The notes below the pieces were generated by a model, which was not told the DNA's origin, made no database searches, and saw only the letters and a program-made list of their open reading frames with translations. Positions 19,390-28,865 of a stretch of 64,000 nt of DNA are shown piece after piece (the first letter of the stretch is position 1; every line of letters starts with the position of its first letter). The position numbers and the translations under genes are program-made. Where the stretch lies: positions 9,748 to 73,747 of IMG/VR virus record IMGVR_UViG_3300025425_000010; one strand, written 5' to 3'. The DNA comes from a virus.

Positions 19390-19863
19390 TTACTTGATTA
19401 AATTCTGATCTATTTTGGATATTTCACTTAGAATTGGATTTCTCTGTAATGTTATTTCAAATTCCCTAGGAAAATTAAGTCTACTATCTATTGTATGTTG
19501 CCATTGAACCATATCATAATTAGCATCTACTTCTACTAGGAATAACTCTTCATAATCATTTAACTCTATACCAATTGATTCATACCAAGGCTTTTCGTAT
19601 AATCTTTCTATATATGATGTGTCTAAATAGTGATTACCAAGTTTATCAACATCAATATCATCTATTGATTCTACTTGTAGGACACGATATAACTTGAAAT
19701 CCCCAAAGAATTCGAAGAATTCGTGTTGGAAGAAATAATCTAACTCATCAACAGCATCTACATAATAATTATGACCAGCGTGATGGTCTTTAGCATGTTC
19801 ATATGCCCAATCTTTCAATGCCTGTTGTTCTATATGGTTCTCAAAAAATTGAAGATGTTTCAT
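19390..19863 (-). CDS. Leader-bearing protein, possible ADP-ribosyltransferase fold
   Basis: Start reassigned to MKHLQFFEN; KLYR and REFEI (ExE) motifs. Confidence 0.4.
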   Translation of the reverse strand: MKHLQFFENHIEQQALKDWAYEHAKDHHAGHNYYVDAVDELDYFFQHEFFEFFGDFKLYRVLQVESIDDIDVDKLGNHYLDTSYIERLYEKPWYESIGIELNDYEELFLVEVDANYDMVQWQHTIDSRLNFPREFEITLQRNPILSEISKIDQNLIK

Positions 19864-19879
19864 ACGTGTGTATATAATT

Positions 19880-20125
19880 TTAGTAATCTGAGAAATAATC
19901 TCCCATATCATCATCATCTTCGAAGTCTGATGATGGTATTACGTTCTTTTCGTGGAAAAATTCGATTAGTAATCGTTCATCGTATTCTGATATGTCCGAA
20001 ATACTCAGTTCGAAAGTGTATTGGTCCATCATACTCCACATAACTTCTAATTCATCTAGGTATTCGATAACACCCTCTTCATCTAAACACTCATCAAGTG
20101 AATAATATCTGTATAATCTCTTCAT
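19880..20125 (-). CDS. Acidic hypothetical protein
   Basis: ORF. Confidence 0.55.
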   Translation of the reverse strand: MKRLYRYYSLDECLDEEGVIEYLDELEVMWSMMDQYTFELSISDISEYDERLLIEFFHEKNVIPSSDFEDDDDMGDYFSDY

Positions 20126-20137
20126 AACTCAATCTCC

Positions 20138-20887
20138 TCAATTTTTTTCACGTAGAAACTCGATAATATCAGTCATTGGTAGTCTTTTTCGGTTATCCTC
20201 ATCGATGTATCGATTGGTAACTGTCATTTTAACACCGGATTGACCCTCAATAAGACCTACTCGTATTAGGTTATCATCTACCTTAATAAGTATGTGATCA
20301 TCCTTCAATGAGATTGGTATTATATCTTTATCTGGATTCTCGTCCCAGTTATCTATTTCTTTTAAAAAGTGGAAATTTTCTTTTTCCATGAATTTTTGCT
20401 TAAACATGTCAATGAACTTGCTTCTTTTTTTCATAACCTTGTCTTTTGGTTGTCCGAAAACATCTTTGTGCTTGAATCCGATTGTTATGTGGAAATCGTG
20501 TTTTTTCAAAGCATATCGGTTTCTGATGGCAGTAAGTTTATCAGATTTACCCACAACAAAGTAAGTAGTGTTAGTTCCGTTCGTTGCTGTACCGAGGCCC
20601 ATAAGTTTAAGATCATCAATTTCATAGGTGAATAACTTACTTACTTGTTCGACAAATTCGGACATACCAATCTCTTTACCAAGTGCTACATAGTCACCAG
20701 CATTGATTATGGTCATGTGGTGTCCATTTTCATCACGTTTTTGTTGGTTTCCAACATATTCGTCATAATCATCACCGAGGTGTTCTTTTAATTCGCTCAA
20801 AAATGTTTGTATAAGACTTTTATCGAATTTAATTCCAATATAATTAAATCCTATTACGTCTTTAACGTGTGTTAAGTAAGTTACCAT
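20138..20887 (-). CDS. 2H phosphoesterase (Swiss-Army-Knife RNA repair type)
   Basis: HMTI and HITIGF motifs; adjacent to the CCA enzyme. Confidence 0.75.
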   Translation of the reverse strand: MVTYLTHVKDVIGFNYIGIKFDKSLIQTFLSELKEHLGDDYDEYVGNQQKRDENGHHMTIINAGDYVALGKEIGMSEFVEQVSKLFTYEIDDLKLMGLGTATNGTNTTYFVVGKSDKLTAIRNRYALKKHDFHITIGFKHKDVFGQPKDKVMKKRSKFIDMFKQKFMEKENFHFLKEIDNWDENPDKDIIPISLKDDHILIKVDDNLIRVGLIEGQSGVKMTVTNRYIDEDNRKRLPMTDIIEFLREKN

Positions 20888-20891
20888 ATTA

Positions 20892-21497
20892 TTATTTATT
20901 AGAAATGAAAGTTCGAAAATCGGCAATATTACGTTTGGATATCTCTTGACCAAGTTCTCTACCCTGTTCCCACCCCTGATCGATGAGTTTTTTACCCCAA
21001 TTTGTTGGTTGGTATTTTAAGAAATTCTTGTGTAAATCACCAAATCCTTCTACTCTAATCCATTCGATTAAGTCAGATTCCTTGATATTCTCTACGTCCA
21101 AGTTCTTCTTATTTAGTTCATTTTTAAGTTTAACAGCGTTATCCTCTGTTAGATTACTTAATTTTAACAGGAATTCAATCGTATCGGCCGTGTCACCATC
21201 AATCTTGTAATTCTTAGTCAGTTTCTTACTGAGACCATTAGTGTCCTCATTTTTGAATAGGTTAGTAAGACAAACATTAAAACTAGTTGTTTCGATGAGG
21301 TCGGTGTTTATGTTTGATCCTGGAAATACAAATTCAAACAATCCGAAATCGGTAAAATATTGTAAGTACTTGTTGTAATCGTTAGCTTGTACCCATGCCT
21401 TTTTCATCTCATCATAAATACGCTCACTGGATAATCCAGTTATCATGTAACCATATTTCTTTATAGCTGTTTTGGTATCTCTGTTAATTTCTCCCAT
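20892..21497 (-). CDS. cca: CCA-adding enzyme / poly(A) polymerase, C-terminal fragment
   Basis: TKTAIK...LSSERIYDEMKK continues the family sequence after RFACR; C-terminal GxELG tail. Confidence 0.75.
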   Translation of the reverse strand: MGEINRDTKTAIKKYGYMITGLSSERIYDEMKKAWVQANDYNKYLQYFTDFGLFEFVFPGSNINTDLIETTSFNVCLTNLFKNEDTNGLSKKLTKNYKIDGDTADTIEFLLKLSNLTEDNAVKLKNELNKKNLDVENIKESDLIEWIRVEGFGDLHKNFLKYQPTNWGKKLIDQGWEQGRELGQEISKRNIADFRTFISNK

Positions 21498-22336
21498 ATT
21501 ATCTTATCGAGTATTTTTTTATCCTTATGTATTTCATTTTCCCACAAAAATAGGAATTTTATTTCATTTTCGTTTAGATATGATATTTTTACTTTATCAC
21601 GTTTTACATTTTTCAATTGCACTTCATTTAATTCATTAAAAAATTCTGTGTTCCCGTGCCAATAGTCTCCCTGACATTCAATTACAAAATTAAATTGGGG
21701 TATAAAGAAATCGAATACAAATTTTTTGAATCTTAATTGTTTTATATATTCAATATTCATTTTTTTGAGTGTGTTTTCAACTATTATTTCAATTTTGGTA
21801 TCTTTTTTAATTTTATTAGCAGCTAATGTCATCCTACCAATTACTTCGTCTTGTTCATCTTTTGTATATGAATTCCAAATTTTTTTTCGAGTTTTTGATT
21901 GATTTAGACTCATTTCATATATCTTTTTTGAGGAATATTTATCTAATCCTTTATTCCAAGGGGTCTTACCATACATACCATTATTTTTACCCTTAGTGTC
22001 CAAATCTCCATTATTGTGGCGGTTTTTCATAATTTTAGATAATTTAATGGATGCTTTCTTAATACGTTCACTATTTTTCTTAGTAAGACCTATATTTGGT
22101 CCTTTTCTACCATACATACCATTCTTTGTTCCAGAATTTAACCGGCTTTTGATAATGTATTTTTGTTCTGGTGAGTGCCTAAGTTTCAATTTATTGATTT
22201 TTAGTCGAATTGCTGATTTAGTTCTATGATGAAATTTTTCAACATACTTCCCAAATAGTTCAGATAATGATAACCCATTAAATTCATAGCACAATCTAAG
22301 ATAATCTTCTTCCTCTTTGGTCCAATAAATTCTCAT
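21461..22336 (-). mobile_element. Free-standing homing endonuclease (NUMOD3-like repeats plus DUF559/Vsr-like nuclease) inserted in cca
   Basis: Two KNNGMYGK-type repeats; FDFF...IECQGDYWH...D..K...LWE. Confidence 0.8.
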
Positions 22337-22410
22337 ATTTATAAATCATTTCCTTATATATTAAAATAATATACCAGAAAACCCATTACATACACAATGC
22401 CTCTTAATTA

Positions 22411-23004
22411 CTATCTACAAGCAAATCGTAGAGTTCTTAATATTCGAAGGGGGTCTTCTTCTATTCTAAGTTTTGGATCACCAATCATTCGTATAACTCC
22501 ATTTTTCAAATCAGTATATCCACCAACAAGGTCTATTATCTTTCGAGTTCTTAGATCAAAAAACATCCCATTTATGGTCAAATCTCTTCGAGTAACGTCT
22601 TCTTCGATAGTAACACCCAGTTTAACCTCAGGGTTTCTACCTTTTGATATATCTTGTCTGAATGTAGCTATCTCAACACCCTCTGGTTGATCATCTGTGA
22701 ATACTACAACGACACCAAATGCCTCACCTTGTAGTTGTGTTCTATATCCTTTGAGAATCGCCATAACTTCATCTGGTAGAGCATCTGTTGCAACGTCAAA
22801 GTCTTTGGGGTCATGTCCTGTAATGAAATCTCGTACTGATCCACCTACGAGGTATAGATTCTTACCAGCTTTGGTGAATAGTTTCGTAATCTCTTTTATG
22901 GAGTTTGGTACAATTTCATAAAGGCCATCAGCCTCGATTGGAATAAGAGCTACATTATTTTCCATAGATTCAACAAATATATGAAAATTATTTATCATCT
23001 TCAT
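22411..23004 (-). CDS. cca: CCA-adding enzyme / poly(A) polymerase, N-terminal catalytic head
   Basis: VGGSVRD, DFDVAT, EIATFR, RRDLTIN and EDPLRILR motifs. Confidence 0.9.
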   Translation of the reverse strand: MKMINNFHIFVESMENNVALIPIEADGLYEIVPNSIKEITKLFTKAGKNLYLVGGSVRDFITGHDPKDFDVATDALPDEVMAILKGYRTQLQGEAFGVVVVFTDDQPEGVEIATFRQDISKGRNPEVKLGVTIEEDVTRRDLTINGMFFDLRTRKIIDLVGGYTDLKNGVIRMIGDPKLRIEEDPLRILRTLRFACR

Positions 23005-23009
23005 ATTAA

Positions 23010-23447
23010 CTACACATCAGCTAAAGGCTGATGTGTTTCTACGTCACAAGCACGATGTAACCATCCACTTTGTGTGACGCTGGGTTTGTTCCTCAACCCA
23101 AAATTTCTTATATTTTTAGCAGCATTTATATCTCTATCGTGATTGGTTCCACATTTACAAGTCCATTCCCGGTCATTTAAAGATAATTCTTTATTGATAA
23201 CTCCACAATTAGAACACGTTTTACTGGATGGGTCAAATCTACCAATAACGGATAGATTTTTACCATACAATTTACATTTATATTCCAACATTGACCTGAA
23301 ATCAAACCAACCCATATCTTTAGCTCCTTCTGTTTCTATTTTATCTGCTCTACGACCATGTTTTATTTTACGAGCATATTCAGATGCTTTAACTAATTTC
23401 TCTGGTGATAACTCCTCATATGTCTTTATATATCTTAAATTGTCCAT
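23010..23447 (-). mobile_element. Chimera: phage leader peptide fused to the C-terminal part of IS200/IS605 TnpB, with right-end hairpin
   Basis: W..FRSMLEYK, PSSKTCSNCG, WTCKCGTNHDRDINAAKNI; hairpin CACATCAGC-N5-GCTGATGTG at 23013-23035. Confidence 0.8.
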
Positions 23448-24196
23448 TTTAATTTGTTTATATTTAATTTATCTATTAGTTTGGAAACATCTTTTGGATC
23501 CATTCCATAATCAATAAGTATATCTAATTCACTGAATGCATTTTCTATGTGAGAAGTTTCGTCATTTTTATATGAGTTTATAGACAGATAATGTATTCTT
23601 CTACCGAAAATATTAGCTAGTGTTGATTTGAATTTCTTAGCTTCTTTTCGGCTGCTGAATTTAACAGAACCATATTCACCGTCAAAGATATCGATTCCAC
23701 TTAGATTGAAATGGTCAATACCAACTTTAAAATCGATTGTAAATGTGTTTATGTTATGATATCCCAATTCTAAATCATCCATTAGAAATTCAGCATCATC
23801 ACCTTTATAATCATCAAATAGGTGATTTATATATTTTTCGGTTGGAATAAGTAATAGATGGAAATATAGATTGATATATTCTCTAAAATCATCTTCTGTA
23901 TCATATTGTTCAACGGTCATATCCTTATCAAATATAATTATGAAATTAAAATTACCGTTATCTTCGAAGTCATAATCTGCCAATCCGTCCGGGATGGTAA
24001 CTCCTAATGTACCGAATTGTGCATATTTTTTCCTAAGTTTTTCTGATTCTACTAGTACTTTTTTCTTAATTTCTATGTATGAATGTGAAATCAATCTAGC
24101 GCCTCTTTCTTGATGTCCAAGTTCTCGAAGTTGCCTACCAGCTTTCCTATAAATACCAGAACTAATTTCTTCGTTGAATTTTCTAAGGTGTTTCAT
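23435..24196 (-). CDS. Leader-bearing hypothetical protein
   Basis: Start reassigned to MKHLRKFNEE; TATATA motif upstream. Confidence 0.65.
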   Translation of the reverse strand: MKHLRKFNEEISSGIYRKAGRQLRELGHQERGARLISHSYIEIKKKVLVESEKLRKKYAQFGTLGVTIPDGLADYDFEDNGNFNFIIIFDKDMTVEQYDTEDDFREYINLYFHLLLIPTEKYINHLFDDYKGDDAEFLMDDLELGYHNINTFTIDFKVGIDHFNLSGIDIFDGEYGSVKFSSRKEAKKFKSTLANIFGRRIHYLSINSYKNDETSHIENAFSELDILIDYGMDPKDVSKLIDKLNINKLKWTI

Positions 24197-24230
24197 GTTT
24201 TCAATATCTATTTTCAATATATATATTAAT

Positions 24231-24470
24231 ATGAGATTCTTAAAAACGTTTGAAGGCTTTAAAGTAAATAATATAGAACACAGTGATATCATAAAGGTTA
24301 TTAAAAACAGAGGTCGTTTGTATGCAAGTTCGATAAAGGATTTATCAGATGCTGACCCGAAAGAGCCATTGGTACCTGTGAGTGTTGATAATGATGGACT
24401 TATAACTGTTTTATACGATAGTGGTGAGTATGAGGTTAGTCTTGATAATGTGGATAGGATTGAATTTTAA
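24231..24470 (+). CDS. Leader-bearing hypothetical protein
   Basis: Start reassigned to MRFLKTFEGF. Confidence 0.6.
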   Translation: MRFLKTFEGFKVNNIEHSDIIKVIKNRGRLYASSIKDLSDADPKEPLVPVSVDNDGLITVLYDSGEYEVSLDNVDRIEF

Positions 24471-24481
24471 ATAATAATAAT

Positions 24482-24850
24482 ATGGAACACCTGAGAAAAT
24501 TTAATGAAGATAATGGTATATCTGAAAGAAACTCGTTATTATTCTCCGATTGAGATGAATTGATTTCTGAGGATTTCGATAAGATACATAGTAGTGGTAG
24601 AAATGTATATATGGTCGATACTGATTATAAAATAAAAGTAGTTCCTGATTATAAAGCACTGAAAAATTTCACAGTTTTTGGTGGGAAAAATGTAGAACCA
24701 GCTGAACTATTTAAATATTTACTTTTTGTTGAGAGTAGTAAAATTGAGAATATGCAGAAGATGATTGATAGTGTAATGGATATTAAGAAAGCTTATGATG
24801 ATAAAATCAGAGAACAGCTTAATCACGTATTATACCTATCACAACAATAA
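24482..24850 (+). pseudogene. Leader-bearing protein with in-frame TGA at 24551-24553
   Basis: MEHLRKFNED...FSD*DELISEDF... is in frame with ORF 24560-24850. Confidence 0.6.
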
Positions 24851-24918
24851 TAATCTTAACATCAAACCTCTGAAGTAAAGGATATTTTTGTATAAAATAT
24901 CTAACTGTTAAGATATGG

Positions 24919-26808
24919 TTAATTTGTTAATAATTCAAATTTCATTTTACCACAATCATATATTCTTAGGTGTCCTGACTCTTTCATATATTGTGATTCC
25001 GTCATACTCACTTCTAATTTTAATTTGGATTTCCGGTATGAGGATTTGTGTTTTCTTTTCCCATTAATTATGTAGGAATAATCTGGTTTGGATTCAGATA
25101 TTTTATCGAATCCCAGTTTTTTATATAGGTTACCGTTACTCCAGCTCATATCGGCATAACTTATAATACGTTCAGCTTTATTCATATCTATGAAATGTTT
25201 GAGTAGTTTTGATGCACCACCAACTATAGTATGTTCCGATTTATTACAGAAACGTGAAAGATTCCACCCACTTTCTAACATTTTTTTGCGGCCTTCTGAT
25301 TTATCGAATGTCATTATACTAACCAACTCACCATCACAAATTAACCCCAGTGATTTCTTAATAGTCTTGTTATATCCCTGTATATGGTTGTTATTCAAGA
25401 ATTCACGTATGATATTGTTATCGAATAATTCGATAATATCACATTTCCTGGCAAATATTCGGGTTGTTGTCTTGATTAACATATTGGATATCATTGACTT
25501 TTGTATAACATTCTTATATATCCACTCATCTTCCCATATATGTATTATGCGTATGTCCCTATCTAGAAAATGTTTAGTCTTTTTTTGGTGATAGTTCCTG
25601 TCCTTATTCGCCTCTGAATGCCAGTATAATCCATTATACTCAAAACCTATTTTAAGTGCTGGTAGGTAAATATCTATCTCCAAACCATCACGATATGATT
25701 GTATGATTTCACCGTCATAAATTGATGATATAAATTCAAATAGTTCCTGTTCTCTGATGGATATAGTATTCTTAATAGGATGGCACACCGTACACATTGG
25801 TAAATTTTGTTTTTTTCTACTGAAATAGTTATCAGTGTGTATTTCAAAATTGTGTTCCTTATCACAACGAAAAAGAGAAATTCTACTTCCTATATAGGAA
25901 ATATATACATCATCACTACCTATTATGGTATTTTCTTTACGGAAAATATCACTTGATGTGTTGTTTGTTGTGCCAAATTTTTCTACATTATTTACTTCTC
26001 GTATATTTTTAATATCGTTGTTCTGTATTGGATATTCAAATCCATACCTTTCTAGATTTGTTACACGTATCCGTTTCTTTATGATGTCTGACTTTAATGG
26101 GTTATCTACATTATAATTACTCAGTAGTGTTTCTTTGGATTTTTTCTGTATCTCATTGGATAATAGTGGTGATCTATATCCATACCTTTCTAAATTGGTT
26201 TCAATAATCTTTTGCTTGACCTCATCGGATTTTGATGGGGTTTCAAAACCATACCTTTCTAGATTAGTTTTCTTAGATTTATCTCTAACTACATCAGATT
26301 GTAGTGACCACTCAACACCATATTTACCCAGGTTAGTTTTTTTCACTTTGTCTTTATATTCATCTGTTTTAGTGAAATTATCAACACCATACCTTTCTAG
26401 ATTAGTTTCAATTATTTTATCCTTCACCATATCACTCTGAAACGAGTGACTAACTCCATACCTTTCTACATTTGTATTTATTCGATTTTTTTTAACAGAT
26501 TCTAATTGTGATATGTTGTTAGCACCAGTAGTTTCCCTGAGGATTTGTCTTCTTTTAACATCACCACATTTATGAGAACAACAGAACAAACCCCCTTTTA
26601 AAATGCTTCTATTGTATAATTTGTATGTGATGTCTACATCATTCTCACAAATATCACACTTGGCTCTTATAATTGAATTTGATCCGTGTGTGAGTTCTTC
26701 GACTTTAACTTCGATAATATCACCAGAAACAACAATATATCCGATATTATTAAAATGTTTTTTGTTTTGTGGGAATATCTTAATGTGTATTGTTTTGGTT
26801 AATATCAT
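24919..26808 (-). CDS. Hef-like homing endonuclease family protein (ERYG repeats, Zn finger, Vsr-like nuclease, GNAT-like C-domain), paralog 1
   Basis: TNLERYG repeats; EIDIYLP..GFEYNGLYWH..IHIWED; ARKC..NHIQG..SRFC..SYAD..YDCG. Confidence 0.75.
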   Translation of the reverse strand: MILTKTIHIKIFPQNKKHFNNIGYIVVSGDIIEVKVEELTHGSNSIIRAKCDICENDVDITYKLYNRSILKGGLFCCSHKCGDVKRRQILRETTGANNISQLESVKKNRINTNVERYGVSHSFQSDMVKDKIIETNLERYGVDNFTKTDEYKDKVKKTNLGKYGVEWSLQSDVVRDKSKKTNLERYGFETPSKSDEVKQKIIETNLERYGYRSPLLSNEIQKKSKETLLSNYNVDNPLKSDIIKKRIRVTNLERYGFEYPIQNNDIKNIREVNNVEKFGTTNNTSSDIFRKENTIIGSDDVYISYIGSRISLFRCDKEHNFEIHTDNYFSRKKQNLPMCTVCHPIKNTISIREQELFEFISSIYDGEIIQSYRDGLEIDIYLPALKIGFEYNGLYWHSEANKDRNYHQKKTKHFLDRDIRIIHIWEDEWIYKNVIQKSMISNMLIKTTTRIFARKCDIIELFDNNIIREFLNNNHIQGYNKTIKKSLGLICDGELVSIMTFDKSEGRKKMLESGWNLSRFCNKSEHTIVGGASKLLKHFIDMNKAERIISYADMSWSNGNLYKKLGFDKISESKPDYSYIINGKRKHKSSYRKSKLKLEVSMTESQYMKESGHLRIYDCGKMKFELLTN

Positions 26809-28118
26809 GGTATTTACGTGAGTGTTTTAACCTATATATATAAAAGTGGATGATTAGTTTCCATTTATGTCCTAGGTGGAACGATAGTATCTAATATATA
26901 AAGAAAATGTATATGTATTATGATATTAGATGAATATGTGAAAGTAGAGTTGGTGAATAGGAACTATAAAAAATTATCAAGTAAGTATGGTCTCAAAGAT
27001 GTATCAGTTGGTGATATTGTTGAAATACCAATTAATAAATTATCTAAATCATCACACTACATGGTTAATGTATCCTGTGATTATTGTGATATTAATTTAG
27101 AGGTTCCGTTTAAACGGTATAATAAGAGTACTGAGGTTATTGATAAATACTCATGTTCGAATAAGGATTGCTCAAACCAAAAGATTAAAGATGTCTGTCA
27201 AGAAAAATATGGTGTCGATAATCCCTTCCAATCCAAAAATGTTAAAAAGAAGATTAAAGAAACCATGTTGTATAAATATGGAGTTGAACACCCAATGTTT
27301 TTAGAAGAAACAAAAGGGAAAATAAAAGATACTTGTTTGGAAAGGTATGGTGTTGATAACTATACTAAAACCGATGAATATAAAGTAAAAACAAAGGAAA
27401 CAAATTTGGAGAGATATGGTGTGGAGTGGGCTATGCAATCGGATGTTATCAAAGAACGATCCAAGAAGTCCAGTCTGAAGATATATGGAGTAGACCACCC
27501 ACACAAATCGAAAGTGGTAAGGGATAAATTTATAGAAACCAACATGAATAATTGTGGGTTTCCTACAAATCTAATGTGTCCAGATAATATTGAACAAGTT
27601 AAACATACAAACTTGGATAGATATGGGGTTGAGTATCCACTACAGTCGGAAGAAATTAAAGATAAAATAAAAATTACTTGTTTAGAAAGATATGGGGTTG
27701 ATAATCCATTAAAAAGTAAATTGGTTAGAGATAAAATGTATAATACAAATATTGAAAGATATGGTAATAAATATGTAAGTATGAGTCCTGTTGTACGTAG
27801 TAATTTTAAAATGTGTTGTGATGATAATTATATTAAATACCTCGGTAATAATTATTCTTCATTTAAATGTTATAAAGGTCATAATTTCAAAATATCAACA
27901 AATAATTACTACGGTAGGATGAGTTATGGAACTGTACTTTGTACTGAATGTTATCCAATCGGTGATACTGTTTCTATAAATGAGCAAGAAGTTTATAATT
28001 ATATCAAAGAAATTTATGATGGTGAAATCATACAATCATATCGTGATGGTTTGGAGATAGATATTTACCTACCAGCACTTAAAATAGGTTTTGAGTATAA
28101 TGGATTATACTGGCATTC
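25616..28118. repeat. Perfect 98-bp inverted repeat (25616-25713 / 28021-28118)
   Basis: Reverse-complement comparison; encodes GEIIQSYRDGLEIDIYLPALKIGFEYNGLYWH in both genes. Confidence 0.9.
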
Positions 28119-28806
28119 GGATAAATACAAAGATAAAAACTACCATTCGGATAAAACCAAGTTTTTCAAAGAACGAGGAATACGTATAATACACATCTGG
28201 GAAGATGATTGTGTGTTGAAACGTAATATTATAAAGAGTCAAATATCCAATATGGTAGGTTTAGTTGTTAATAAGGTATATGGTAGGACGTGTGTAATAA
28301 AGGAGTTAGTGGATATTAAGATGTGTAGGAAGTTTTTGGATGATAACCATATACAAGGATTTGTACCATCCACACTGAAACTTGGACTATTTTATAGTGG
28401 TGAATTGGTTAGTATAATGACATTTGATAAGTTTGAAGGGCGGAAGAAAATGGAAGAAAATGGGTGGACATTATCCCGGTTTTGTTCTAAAATTGATTAT
28501 AGTGTAATTGGTGGGTTTACAAAATTACTCAATAATTTTATAAAAATATATAACCCAATTAGAATTGTGAGTTATTCTGATAATGATTGGAGTCTGGGTG
28601 GTATATATGAAACATCTGGTTTCTCAAAAGTGTCTGATGTACCCATAGACTATAAATACATAATAGATGGTGTTCGTGTGAATAAGTCAAAATTTAGAAA
28701 ATCTAACTTACCAGGGGATTTATCGGAATCTCAGTACATGTCTAGTAATGGTATTCTACGAGTCTATAATTGTGGTAAAAGTAAATATGAGATGATATTA
28801 TCTTAA
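26920..28806 (+). CDS. Hef-like homing endonuclease family protein, paralog 2
   Basis: Same architecture; divergent from paralog 1. Confidence 0.75.
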   Translation: MILDEYVKVELVNRNYKKLSSKYGLKDVSVGDIVEIPINKLSKSSHYMVNVSCDYCDINLEVPFKRYNKSTEVIDKYSCSNKDCSNQKIKDVCQEKYGVDNPFQSKNVKKKIKETMLYKYGVEHPMFLEETKGKIKDTCLERYGVDNYTKTDEYKVKTKETNLERYGVEWAMQSDVIKERSKKSSLKIYGVDHPHKSKVVRDKFIETNMNNCGFPTNLMCPDNIEQVKHTNLDRYGVEYPLQSEEIKDKIKITCLERYGVDNPLKSKLVRDKMYNTNIERYGNKYVSMSPVVRSNFKMCCDDNYIKYLGNNYSSFKCYKGHNFKISTNNYYGRMSYGTVLCTECYPIGDTVSINEQEVYNYIKEIYDGEIIQSYRDGLEIDIYLPALKIGFEYNGLYWHSDKYKDKNYHSDKTKFFKERGIRIIHIWEDDCVLKRNIIKSQISNMVGLVVNKVYGRTCVIKELVDIKMCRKFLDDNHIQGFVPSTLKLGLFYSGELVSIMTFDKFEGRKKMEENGWTLSRFCSKIDYSVIGGFTKLLNNFIKIYNPIRIVSYSDNDWSLGGIYETSGFSKVSDVPIDYKYIIDGVRVNKSKFRKSNLPGDLSESQYMSSNGILRVYNCGKSKYEMILS

Positions 28807-28807
28807 T

Positions 28808-28843
28808 AAAAAGTGGATGGTCAGTTACCCGACCATCCACTTA
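28808..28843. terminator. Intrinsic terminator hairpin between convergent genes
   Basis: AAGTGGATGGTC-N9-GACCATCCACTT. Confidence 0.8.
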
Positions 28844-28865
28844 CAAACAAACACAAACCAAATTC

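Noticed and set aside
21461-22416. T4 gene 60-style ribosomal bypass in cca
   Set aside because: The gap is about 900 nt, and the matching AGA landing codon near 21502-21504 is out of frame and followed by TAA.
23010-23447. Active TnpB/Cas12-like nuclease
   Set aside because: WED/REC and RuvC-I/II are missing, and there is no tnpA or left end.
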